DNA of 64,000 bases, from NCBI GenBank assembly GCA_973895155.1, contig OZ316893.1, positions 15,592,645-15,656,644 of the forward strand, written 5' to 3'. Source of the stretch: Marsupella aquatica. Lineage: Eukaryota > Plantae > Marchantiophyta. The notes under the pieces were generated by a model. It was not told the DNA's origin. It did not search any database and saw only the letters and a list, made by a program, of their open reading frames with translations. Positions 36,877 through 49,299 of this stretch are shown here, piece after piece. Position numbers and translations under genes: made by a program. Within the stretch, counting starts at the first letter, position 1; each line of letters starts with the position of its first letter.

Positions 36877-39800
36877 TCACTGCTTAGGCCTGCCCTTTCT
36901 TGCAGATCCCTCTGCATCTCTGCCTCTTTTGGGACCAGTACTTGGTCCTGGATTTTCTCTGGACCTACAGGCCTTAGCCAATTCGATGTGTAATTTGGCA
37001 TTGTTTTCCATTGTAGCATGGAAATCAACGTCTGTGTAATCACCTAACACCCTTGTGGACCTGGATTCTTTGTGGAGGATTGTTCTCCATGCTATCCCCT
37101 TCTCATTGGGGTGGAAGAAAACCTGCTCCACTTGCTTTGGGAAAACGTAATCCATTTTCTTGGACACACCCAGTTCTCTATGGAAATTCACCTGCCAAAG
37201 ACCAGACTTGGTATACCTCATACTGGCAGAGGATTTAGGAGTCCATGATGGATCTGCCCATTTCCCTTTGAAAAGAATCACCTCTTTCCTCAAGCTGCCA
37301 TAATTCAGTACCAAGATATCTGTCAAGGCCCCTACATACTGTACAGATTCTTCTATGGTTGCACCAGACCTGTCCACTCGCTTCTCAGTGAATGTAGAAG
37401 CCATCCCAGAATCAAAAGTGCTAAAAGCACCAGAATCACAATCACTCAAACACCCCAAGGATGGAATAGTCCTCCAATGGTGCCCATAGGCTCTACATGC
37501 CCTATACAGTCGTGCCTTCAAACTAGGTGGTGTGGAGTATGCAGATAGTAATGACCGCTCAGACTCTTTCTCAAAATTATGGGTATTGACTAATGTTTGA
37601 AACCATTCCCTGAAAGGTGGCAATTCTTGGCAGTCTACGGGAAATTCCACTGGTTTTCTTCGATTGGCAGGCTTCCTCATCCACTCCTTCCGGAAATCCA
37701 CTCTTTGTTTGGTAACAGTCTCATTGGTAGCATCATATATCCTGCATGGCAACAACAACACTGAAGACATTAGTGCACGATCCACCATGAATATACAAAC
37801 ACAATGGGGCAACATAATTATGATCCATATGCCTAAGGATAGGAGAGTTTCTAGGGTTTATGTACCTGTACCATGGAGCCACTGTCTCTTCATTCTCTAA
37901 TATATAATGATGCATGGCCATCATTTCAGACCAATCCAAAGTTATCGCCTTTGCAGCCCCTTCCAAAACAATGCCTGCAACGCCAGCATCCTCCTCCAAC
38001 TCCCAGGTTCATTTTCCCTCTCCCTTTGCATCAATCATGTATTCAGAAAGAAATCCCAAAGACTCATCTAATACATAGCCTTCAGCCATAGAAGCCTCTG
38101 GACGTGCCTTGTTTCGTACATAACCCTTCAATACCTTCAGGTTCCTCTCTATTGGGTACATCCATCTGCCTGTAACTGGGCCACACAAGTCTAATTCCTC
38201 CACTAGGTGAATCATTAAATGGGTCATGACATCAAAGAAGCTTGGTGGAAAATGGATTTCCAAAATGCAGAGAGTGAATGCAACATCCATCATCAAATTC
38301 TCATACATTGAAGGGTCCCACACCTTCGTACAGATCTGGCGATAGATATTGCTCACCCCAGCTATGGCCAAGCAAACCCCTTCATCAAGTAATCCCATTG
38401 TTGCCAGAGGGAGAATCTGTTGCATGAGTTGGTGGAAATCATGTGATTTCAACCCAGAGAGTTTCTTGGATTTTGTAACACACTTTGCCAAAGAACTTGA
38501 AAAACCAGTGGGCCCTTTCAAGGTCAATAAAACCTCCAAGAACCTTGTTCTTTCCTTCTTGCTCAGGCAATATGGGGCTGGGGGCATCAACAATTTGTCA
38601 TCCTTACGCTTGGGAGCTGGATTGGGTACAAGCCATAGGTGTTGGCGCACCTGTAAGAGCTTCATGTCTTCTCTCACAGAAGGAGTGTCCTTGGTCCCAA
38701 TGATAGTGTGCACAATGTTGTGTGCAAGATTCTTCTCACAGTGCATGGGATCTAGACAATGGTTAATGAGTAGTTTCTGCAATGGACACACAATTCAGAA
38801 ATTAGGGCATTGAATACAACTTTTGGCATCACTGGGCAGTAGTTTGTGCAGTGGACACAATTCAGAAATTAGTGCATTGAATACAACAATTACAAAATCT
38901 GGGCTACAGGAAGTATATGAAGAGAATATATTTCAAAGTCATATGAAGAGATTGCAGAAATTCATTGTAGTAGTATGGAGTCTTACATTCCAATAGGGCA
39001 ACTTGTACAGACCAGTAGCCCTCTTCACTCCATGCACCTTTATGGGGCATTTCTCATCCTCAACCTTGGTTCCTCCCTTCTTCAAATATTCTGTTGTCTC
39101 GTCTCCCCACTTCTTTCTATCAGAGCTTGTCATTCTACACGGTGCAGGTCGACTCTCAATTGCACCATCAAAGTATTGTGCACTATCTGGTCTACTAAAA
39201 AGATGCCTTGCTGCTAACCATCGACGGTGGCCACTGTACTCTAATTTCTGCAAGTGCTTAGAACCACGTGCCACACATTCTGGCCCACAGATGACACATC
39301 CTTTGTATCCAGAGTGTTGTTGTCCAGATATTAAACCATATGCAGGGTAATCATTGATTGTCCACAATAGCACAGCCCTAAGGTTGAAGTGTTGAGACAA
39401 TCCTGGGCGTGGCAATTTGTCAAAGCAGGGCACTCCTTTCTTCCACAACAGCTCCAACTCCTCATAGAATGGGCCCAATATTATGTCTAGCTATTCCTCT
39501 GTTACTAAATCAGGTCCTGGAATCAGCATAGCTAGCATGACAAAGAACTTCTTGGTGGTAAGCCAAGGAGGTAAATTGTAATTCAACAACAGTATTGGCC
39601 AGGTAGACCAAGCTGTGGAATTATTCCCAAAGGGATTCACCCCATCAAGTGCCAACCCAAATCGCACATTCCTTGGTTCAGCTGCAAATTCCCGATCAAT
39701 ATTTGTATCCACATGCTTCCAAGCCTTTGAATCTGCTGCGTGCCGAACCATGTTGTCTGTGCTTCTATTCTCATGATGCCAAGTCATGAGTTTAGATGTA

Positions 39801-40846
39801 CCAGCAGTGGCATACAATCTCTTCAACCTGGGAATTATAGGGAAATACCGCACTACCTTCCTTGCCTGTAATGAATTCCCCACTCTCTTCATCTTGGGCT
39901 GCTGACACACTGAACAGTTTTCTAACTTGGCATTCTCACCCCTAAAGAGCATACAACCTTTCTCACAGACAGGGATTCTCTCATAATCCAAGCCAAGCTT
40001 TCTCAATAGCTGCTTTGCAGCATATAAGTTCTTGGGCAGATTATGCTCTGTAGGCATACCATGCTCCCCCATCAAAGACAACAATGCATTCACTCCTTTG
40101 TTTGAGAATCCATGGCCATGACAGATGTTCAGCAGAAGCAACATGAATGACACAACATCTATTTTGCTGCCTGGGAACAAAGGTTGCATTGCTGCATCTA
40201 AAGATAACTGTGCAGGATCAGTCTCCACAGGAGTTTTGGAGGTTTCAAGGGGGTTTACAGGATGGGCACCTCCTTCACTCTCATCATCCCCAAGTACAAA
40301 ATCCAAGTCAAAACGGTCCTGATCATCTAGCTCATGCTCAGGGGATTCTTCACTGGTTCTCAGCAACGTTTCTTCCAGTAGAGCCCTGATATGTTCTTCG
40401 ACATCTATAGTTGGATGTTCTTGAACATCCACAGTTGGATACTTTGGAACATCTACAAATAAATGTTCTTCAACATCTACAGTTGGCTGTTGTGCACAGG
40501 TTGCCTGCTGAAGGTTTGCTACCCTCAATGCCTCAGGGCCATGTTGTGACATGTAGTCAGCACCCCACTCTTCATCAGAAGAGTCCTGTCCCTCTCCCAC
40601 CCACACTCGACATGCAGGGTACCGACCATGTTTAATAAGGTGCAGTCTAGCAGTATTCCGATTAGTCCTATAATTCTCTTTGCAATTCACACAAGGGCAG
40701 TACATCTTATGGTCCCCACTCTTGTGGCAGGCCTTTTGTTCTCGAACCCACAAAGCATCATCACGATGTTGTACTCTAGCTGGATGGAAGAGCGGCAACT
40801 TTGGAGTTCTACCCACACCTAACGTATTCTGTGGCAATTGTGCCAT
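36877..40846 (-). pseudogene. CACTA TnpD-like transposase (Transposase_21/Tnp2, DUF4218- and DUF4216-like regions) with two in-frame stops
   Basis: CPCVNC, YFPIIPRLKRL, HAADSKAW, LALDGVNPF, YNLPPW, WTINDYPAYG, DPMHCEKN, GLKSHDFH, FPPSFFDVMTHL, RWMYPIER. TAG at 39491-39493 and TGA at 38009-38011 are both followed by in-frame homologous sequence. Introns at ~38987-38781 and ~37866-37743. Confidence 0.93.
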
Positions 40847-41443
40847 GCTAGCTTGATTGAAATTGTATTCAAACTATGATTTTCAAACTGAATCAGAGTG
40901 ACATGCATACAAAATTGGGCCTACCGTCACAGTTGTACAACCGATGCCAACCACAGTCCAATTGCTCAAACCCACAGAGCCCAGTTTCTCAAATCCACTG
41001 TAGTAGGGCACCTTCTCCTTGCATACAAATAGAGCATCACATACAGTGTCATCAGAATGATACTATGAACGTAAATCTCTGTGCCTTCATCATTTCCAGT
41101 ATTTGTTTGCCTAATAGGAATGTGAGTAGACAGGTCTGGAATAAGTAACGTTTGTGACACCAGTGACAAATTTACAAGTGAAGTTTAGACATCAATATGG
41201 AGGAAAGTCACACTCAAAGTACATGCTTGAAAATCAGAATCCTACCCTGGAAAAGATAATAAAGTTGATTTCTCAAAATTAATTGCCTCAATCCGCAATG
41301 CACTGTCGTAGAGTGTGTATACATGAGGAGTTCATCAAACTGCATATAAATAGTCCACATGTTTTAGCACTCTGAAAATTGTTTAAGTCCACGTGAAACC
41401 ATGAAAAAGCTCTATCTCAAGTTTGTGTTCGATCCAGCCTCAA

Positions 41444-42103
41444 TCAAATCCAAGATATGTGGCTCCTAGCAGGAGTGCCTAGTGTAGGGTCAATGTCATG
41501 GTCAGGACAGTAAAACATCCCCTTCTTGGGCTGCCCATGCGCTGAGTGATCCCAAATTGTTCGATCATGGGCAAATCCCCTCTGCTGGATAAACAGCAAG
41601 CAGTCCTTGTGCCATGCCTTAGGACACCTCATGCACTGAACCAAAAAGCCATTAGCCCCATCATTGGGCCCCTGTCCACAAGTAAGACAAATATGGAGTC
41701 CACATGATGTTGTGCTAGGAACCAAACACTGCCGACAGTAAAACCGGGCACAGAGAGGGTTTGGACATTTTCTTACCTCTTCACCAATTTTTCCAGACAC
41801 ATGACACTTAAAGCAAGAATGTTCATCATTCTTGCAATCAACACAAAGCCATTCTCCAACATGGCCATCAGCCAGGGATATAGTTGGGCATAGCCATTGC
41901 TGACCCAAAGGACAGGAAACATTCTTATGGAAATGTCGGTGGCAAGGCCCATCACAAACAATGAGATCCCCTCCCTCATCACAAATCGCACATACATGTG
42001 GACTATTCTGGTTAATCTCAATGTCTGAATATAAGGACAATTGAGGTGCTTGAGAGGATTCACCTCTGCAACGATTCATGGCCTTCTGCTTATTGCGAGC
42101 CAT
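41444..42103 (-). CDS. CACTA cargo: stand-alone EDM2-like multi-PHD zinc-finger protein (219 aa) with H3-tail-like N-terminus
   Basis: accATGG start at 42103 just after a tgcag acceptor. CAICDEGGDLIVCDGPCHRHFH...WLCVDC..HSCFKC...CARFYC...CGLHICLTC...QCMRCPKAWHKDCL...WD...FYCPDHDIDPTLGTPARSHI parallels, from recall, the PHD cluster and following YCxxHEID..L.TPxRxH motif of plant EDM2. Confidence 0.85.
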   Translation of the reverse strand: MARNKQKAMNRCRGESSQAPQLSLYSDIEINQNSPHVCAICDEGGDLIVCDGPCHRHFHKNVSCPLGQQWLCPTISLADGHVGEWLCVDCKNDEHSCFKCHVSGKIGEEVRKCPNPLCARFYCRQCLVPSTTSCGLHICLTCGQGPNDGANGFLVQCMRCPKAWHKDCLLFIQQRGFAHDRTIWDHSAHGQPKKGMFYCPDHDIDPTLGTPARSHISWI

Positions 42104-45100
42104 GGTCCTGCACACTCAGACCTACATCAGATTGTGAAACACGAAGGAATAACAGGGTGCAGCATGACACAAAGGAATGAGGGTGCAGCATAAAATATGA
42201 CATGTAACCACAAGGGTGCAGCATAAACCAATGCTTTATGGATGGCAAAGCATTTAGGGCTGAGCAGAGCCCTAACCTTGGCCTATGATTGGAAGCAATC
42301 ACAAATATTGCAACCTGTATGCCTTCGCTTGCTGTACAGCAGTGCTCGATCACTCACCCTGCCTTTTTAAAATCTGTAAGGGCAACACAGAACAAATAGC
42401 AATTGAGTTTCAGCAAAGCATTCATTTGGCTCTCAGGTTTTAAAATGGACAAACAAACACAACGATGTGCACAACAAAGCACAGAGAGCAACAAAACTCC
42501 AGCAAACTGGGACTCAGGCAAGAGACACGAATTTTAGCAGCAAAATCAAATCAAGATAATTCGGACCTGTAAGTTCAACATGCAGTGCTCACTCACCCTG
42601 CCCTTTTTTAAATCTGTAAAAACCAAGTTTTATTGCGTGCCTTCTACATCTTAAGCTGCTGCACACATCTGTTACAGAACCATAAGTTGCTTTACTCTCA
42701 ACAAGCTAGCTGCTGGTCCACCCACTTTTTCAAACTGCTGGTCCACCCACTTTTTCAAAAGCTGCACCGTACTCTATCTTCGTGCAGTCGTGGCATTACC
42801 GGGCTGCTGTCAGAGACCCTTACAAAGAATTTAAAATTGACCAAGCTGATTTTAGTTTAGTTTCGTCTAGTTTGCAGACCAAAGGAAATAATGTGGCTGT
42901 ATTCATGGAGTTGTATTCATTGCTGTGTATGGATGTTGTGTGAACGTCAGACAGTTAGCTGTAAATTACCATAGTTGAAGAGCAAGGCTTGTACAAAAGC
43001 CACTGAGGAATTCTCTGAGGTGGCACAGCAGTTGGCAAACCATACACAAAACTCTGAAACTTTTTGGCAACAGAATTCTACAGAGTCGTTGCCGGAATCC
43101 AGTGAGGATTCACCATACATGCCTGCACTTCTCTTCAATAAAAAAAAGAGAAAAGAAAAGGGCTATGATACAGAGGGATGTCAAAAGAAGAGTAAGGAAA
43201 CCAATTGATTGAGGAACACAGACAGACTAAGGAAAACATCATACAATGGAAAAATAAGGACTACATTGTAATAATAAGAGATCAAGCTCACCTTGCACCA
43301 CAGAGATTGTCACGAGTCACCTCGCAGTTCCTCGCAGCTTAGGTCCAGGATGACATTTCAATATGGAGGAAAGGAGTTTACTCATTTAAAATAGAGAAGG
43401 AGTGGCATCTACAGGGACTTTGGGAGCACACTCAAAAGGTTCGCGATACATCAGGTTATCTTTCTAGGTCAGACACTGCCAATAGAATTTTGAACACAAC
43501 AAACACAACAAACACTGCCAGATATAGAATTTTGAACACAAGGGTACGGCATCCAGATTTGCCTAAACTCAATCAACTTAATAGCATATTTTTATGTTCA
43601 ATTAGGCAGCACTAAATAGAACAGCCTTTCACGCAGTCAGAATAATTGGCAATAATTGCCAGACGACAACAAGACAACAAACTGAGCTGAACATAGCAGA
43701 CAAAACAAACTGCACTCAATAGTAGACTAATACGGCAAGTAGCAATCAGAAATCAACAGCAGACAGACAGAGGACAACTCGGTCAAAACTCGGGCACTTG
43801 ATTTAGTTGTGGTAAATAGGAGAAAGCTAAGAAACAGAGAGAGAAAAAACCATTTCTTAGCAATTGGATCTGTCTGCGATCTCCGCTGCCTGATTACAAT
43901 CAAGAAGATTTTGCCAAAACAAACGATAAAGCTGAGGTGGAGTCATTCAAAGCCCAAGTCTTGATACTTCGTCAGAAGCATGATCAGTGGAGCGCTCAGC
44001 TACGGAGGCATGGGGTTTTGGAGGACGAAAGGCTTTCGCGGGCAGTGCAGGCAGCCGTTCAGGTTTGGGAAGATTTTGCCAAAACAAACAATAAAGCTTG
44101 AAGATAGTTAAATTTCTTAGGTCTCTGATAGTTAATGGAAGGTCGCAGTGGAGCCAGCATGGGACAGGGAAGGAAATGCAGGCACTTGTGATGCAATAGG
44201 CTACAGAGGGCGAGAAGGTGGACAACCAATTGAAACTCAACAAACTCAAAGAACATGTAGCGAATGGCAATAGAATAGAAGATCAGAGAATATGTAGCAA
44301 ATGGAGAGGGATAGATAGAGAAAAAACATAAGCAGAGAGCTCTGGCACACAGCAACACAGGTCCCAACACAGCACATTGCAAGTCCCAGGCTGGGGTGGA
44401 GCCGGAAGTGGAGAGCACAGAGCAACCAGGCAAATCACAACATGGGCGCCAATGGGAATAAGGTCATACCTCTTTGCAGCTCTTGACCGACCAACAGCTC
44501 CTCACCGACCAGCGCTGCTGCAACTCCTCCCTGATGTAACCTCTTGCAGCTCCCGTAGCTCCTCCCGCAGCTCCGAAGCTCCTCCCGCAGCTCTGCAACT
44601 CCTCCAACAGCTCCGCAGCTCCCGATGTAATACCTCCCGTAGCTGCCACAGCTCCTTCACGAACAGTGAGACTAGTTGCTGTCACTGCCTCCGATCCACG
44701 AGCTTCCACTGTTTTTGCCTTCCACAATGATAGGGGTCCCCAACGCGCGAATGCCTTCCCTTCCCTCCTGCAACTCAAACATGTGCTCGGAAGAGTGTCA
44801 AAACTCCTCCCCTCCCGCAACTCCAACCTGTGCTCCTGCAGGTCTAAATGGTGAGACCAACGCGCGAATGCCTTCCCTTCCCTCCCGCAACTCCAATCTG
44901 TGCTCCCGGGGCAAATGTGCTCGGAAGAGTGTCGCAGCTCATCCCCTCCCGCAAATCCCACCTATGCTCCCAGGGCAAATGTGCTCGCCTTCGTTCCCTG
45001 CGCTTGGTGGAATGGAGCACAAAGCTGCGCAGCCCTAAGCCCTTGCAATGTGCACACAAAGGCATGCCAAGACATAAGCACATATCGCGTTGCCCTCTCG

Positions 45101-46139
45101 ATGTTTGTTGAGGAAAAAGGGCTCCTGTTGGTACGCAAGACCACTTGAGCGGGATAAACCTAATTGCTGGACCCCTAAACCCCGTAAAGGTAAGGTATTT
45201 TGTTGGATGGGGATGGTGGATATTGTGGGTCATTAATTAGGGTTATTTTTTGAGACTAGTTAATAACAATGTAACAAAACCCCCCCATAAGGCCCATAGA
45301 TAATACCAACTAAATAAGTTAATAACAAGGTCGGGACGCCCCCATAAGGCCCTAGGGAAGGCACTGAAGGTAAATAGCTCATAATGTCGCGACACCCCCA
45401 TAAGGTCATGGCTGTTTGTGTAGGTGCCCATAACCCGCCCCTCATTTAAACCTCCTTAATGGGAGGTGAGGGTGTTGTGGATTACATTAGTGTAATTAAC
45501 TATGTACCGGCCATGTTTTTTGGGTGATAGGTTATGTCTGCAAAAAGGACCATATGCATGAACACAATTTTGGACTACCTTATTAGTCTCACCATGACTA
45601 TATGACCTCCAATATGCCAACATTAATGGCTTCCAAGATGACAGCGTGAGTGACCCCACTTTTAGTCATTCATATTGAAGCACTATTTAATTCACAAATG
45701 ACCCAATGAACTCCCTTGTACCTCCAAAGAGAACCCCCCAATAGCCTTTGTAAGGACCACATTTCCAATCATTTGGAACTTCTTACCTGTAGTATGACAA
45801 CCAAAATGACCCTAATTTGAGGTGTTTTCATTAATGACACACCATGAGGGACCTGTCTAATGACCACAAATATGACTATAAAAATGACCCTATATGTAGT
45901 CATTGGCATTAATGACACACCATTATGTGAAAATGACCCAATGAAGAGTACATTACCTCTCGGAGTGCCCCCTTACAATTCATTTGGAATTTAATAGAAT
46001 ATATCCAAATCCAAATATCGGCACAAACATGACATAGTTATATAGAAGGACATAGTCTTCCACTAGTATTGCATTATATATCTCTTGGAGAGACAAAAAC
46101 AATTTTTGTTTGCCGTTTGGATAGGACAGTATGCATGCA

Positions 46140-49100
46140 GGGTACGTGACACTTTTGGCAAATCACTCCAAAGTTGTATGACTTGGGAGTGATTTCCCCA
46201 AAGTTACATTGTGCCTAAAGTAAATGCAAAACACAGCTCCAAAGTGCTACTGGTGCAACTAGTGGTTGGAGAATGGTAAATATAGTATTTTGCACCTAGT
46301 AGAGGGGTTGCGAGCTCTATGTGGGGCCACATGGCACTCTAGGGCCCGCCTCCAACCCTTAGCCCCAAATTGGTCATTCATGCTTGTCTCCAATGACTGC
46401 ACTAGGGACATCTCAAATGACTCAAAGTCCAGTCATTTGCCTTATATGACATCCCATATGACCAATTCAATGACCCTGCTTGTAGTCATTGGCAATTATG
46501 ACACGACTTTGTTAAAAAATGACCCAATGAAGGTCCTAGTACGTGAAGAAAGAGGCCGCTTTAGATTTCTTGTAAAATAGGAATATTCCTATTCCTTTAA
46601 CCAACACACATGTCCACCGTAGAGGGAAGCACCACTACCATGCCCATCCCATTGGTGTTGCACTACCTCGTTGAGGAACTAAACAAATGGCTCCATTTGC
46701 CTTAGGAACATAAGATATTCATGATCCATGTTGGTGCTTTTGGCAAATCACTCCAAAGTTGTATGACTTGGGAGTGATTTCCCCAATGTTGCATCATCCC
46801 TTAAGTAAATGCAAAAACTCACATGAGGTACGGTGCTAATGGTGCAACTAGTGGTTGGAGAATAGTAAATATAGTATTTTGCACATAGTGGAGGGGTTGC
46901 GAGCTCTATGTGGGGCCACATGGGACTCTAGGGCCCACCTTCAGCCCCTAGCCCCAAACTTGTCATTTGTGCTTCTGTTTAATGACTGCATGAAGGGCCA
47001 CACAAATGACCACAAGTCTAGTCACTTGACTTATATGACTTCCCATATGACAGTTTTAATGACTTGACTTTTGGTCATTGGCATTTATGACAAGTCATTG
47101 GTCACATATGACCCAATAAAGGCCCTAGTACCTCCAAAGAGAACCCGCAATTGCAAGGTTGGAATATTCCTCTTCCCTAAACCCGCACCCACACCATACT
47201 GAGAAGCACGATTCCCCTGCCCATTCCATTGGTGCAGCACCACCTCTTGGAGAACCAAAAAACAAGTTTTATTTGCCTTTGGATGTGATGGTGTGCATGC
47301 ATGGACACACTTTTGGCAAATCACTCCAAAGCCATATGACTTGGGAGTGATTTCCCCAAAGGTGCATCATGCCTTAAGTAAACACCAAAACATGTGTCCA
47401 AAGTGTTTATGTTGCAACTAGTGGTTGGACAATGATGAGTATTATAGTGTCCCGCACCCAGTGGAGGGGTTCTCACCTCTATGTGGGGCCCCATCGCACT
47501 CTAGGGCCCACCTCCAGCCCCTAGCCCCAAACTGGTCATTAGTGCTTGTGTTTAATGACTGCATGAGGGACCACACAAATGACCACAAGTCCAGTCACTT
47601 GACTTATATGACAGTCCATGTGACAAATTTAATGACCCTACTTGTAGTCATTGGTATTTATGACGGGCCATTGCTCACATATGACCCAATAAAGGCCCTA
47701 GTATCTCCAAAGAGAGCCAACTTTAGATTCCTTGCAAGGTTGGAATATTCCTCTTCCCTAAACCCGCACCCACACCATACTGAGAAGCACGACTCCCCTG
47801 CCCATTCCATTGGTGCAGCACCACCTCTTGGAGAACCAAAAAACAAGTTTTATTTGCCTTTGGATGTGATGGTGTGCATGCATGGACACACTTTTGGCAA
47901 ATCACTCCAAAGTCATATGACTTGGGAGTGATTTCCCCAAAGGTGCATCATGCCTTAAGTAAACGCCAAAACATGTGTCCAAAGTGCTTATGTTGCAACT
48001 AGTGGTTGGACAATGATGAGTATAGTGTCCCGCACCCAGTGGAGGGGTTCTCACCTCTATGTGGGGCCCAATCGCACTCTAGGGCCCACCTCCAGCCCCT
48101 AGCCCCAAACTGGTCATTAGTGCTTGTGTTTAATGACTGCATGAGGGACCACACAAATGACCACAAGTCCAGTCACTTGACTTATATGACAGTCCATATG
48201 ACAAATTTAATGACCCTAATTGTAGTCATTGGTATTTATGACGGGCCATTGCTCACATATGACCCAATAAAGGCCCTAGTATCTCCAAAGAGAGCCAACT
48301 TTAGATTCCTTGCAAGGTTGGAATATTCCTCTTCCCTAAACCCGCACCCACACCATACTGAGAAGCACGACTCCCTTGCCCATTCCATTGGTGCAACACC
48401 ACCTCTTGGAGAACCAAAAAACAAGTTTTATTTGCCTTTGGATGTGATGGTATGCATGCACGGTGACACTTTTGGCAAATCACTCCAAAGTCATATGACT
48501 TGGGAGTGATTTCCCCAAAGGTGCATCATGCCTTAAGTAAATGCCAAAACATGTGTCCAAAGTGCTTACGTCGCAACTAGTGGTTGGACAATGATGAGTA
48601 TAGTGTCCCGCACCCAGTGGAGGGGTTCTCACCTCTATGTGGGGCCCCATCGCACTCTAGGGCCCACCTCCAACCCCTAGCCCCAAACTGGTCATTAGTG
48701 CTTGTGTTTAATGACTGCATGAGGGACCACACAAATGACCACAAGTCTAGTCACTTGACTTATATGACAGTCCATATGACAAATTTAATGACCCTACTTG
48801 TAGTCATTGGTATTTGTGATGCAAATGTTTTTAGAAATGACCCAATAAAGATTACACTAGCTCCTTGAATGCCCCATCACTATTCATTTGCAAATTAAAA
48901 TATTGCCCATCCAAACATTGGCACAAACATGACACAATTACAACAAAGGATGACAAACTTCCATTGGTATTGCCCTACTTCTTGGAGAGACAAAAAGACT
49001 TCATTTGCCTTTGGATACGATAGTATGCATCTATATATGGTAACACTTCTGGCAAATCACTCCAAAGGTGTATGACTTGAGAGTGATTTCCCCAAAGCTA

Positions 49101-49200
49101 GGTGCATCACGCCTTAAGTAAATGCAAGACATGTGTTCAAATTGCTAATGCCGCAACCAGTGGGAGGACAATGATGAGTATTGTGTCCCGCATTTAGTGG
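46140..49200. repeat. ~578 bp tandem array (5 full units plus a partial one) inside the CACTA right arm
   Basis: ttggcaaatcactccaaag recurs at ~46155, 46740, 47313, 47894, 48472 and 49050. The central units are near-identical, hence the repeated MDNDEY ORFs. Confidence 0.93.
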
Positions 49201-49299
49201 AAGGGTTATCAACTATATCAATGACTCTACAATTATGATCGATGTATGGAATAACTACTGAGTATTTTAATCTTCATATCTCTTGGGTTCTTTAATGAC

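Noticed and set aside
44059-45233. Many overlapping ORFs in the CACTA GC-rich block
   Set aside because: Short internal repeats (ctcccgcagctc, caacgcgcgaatgccttccc) explain the open frames; more likely a control or leader region.
46266-48868. Repeated MENGKY/MDNDEY ORFs of 70-168 aa
   Set aside because: Products of the 578-bp tandem array; non-ATG starts and variable stops between units.
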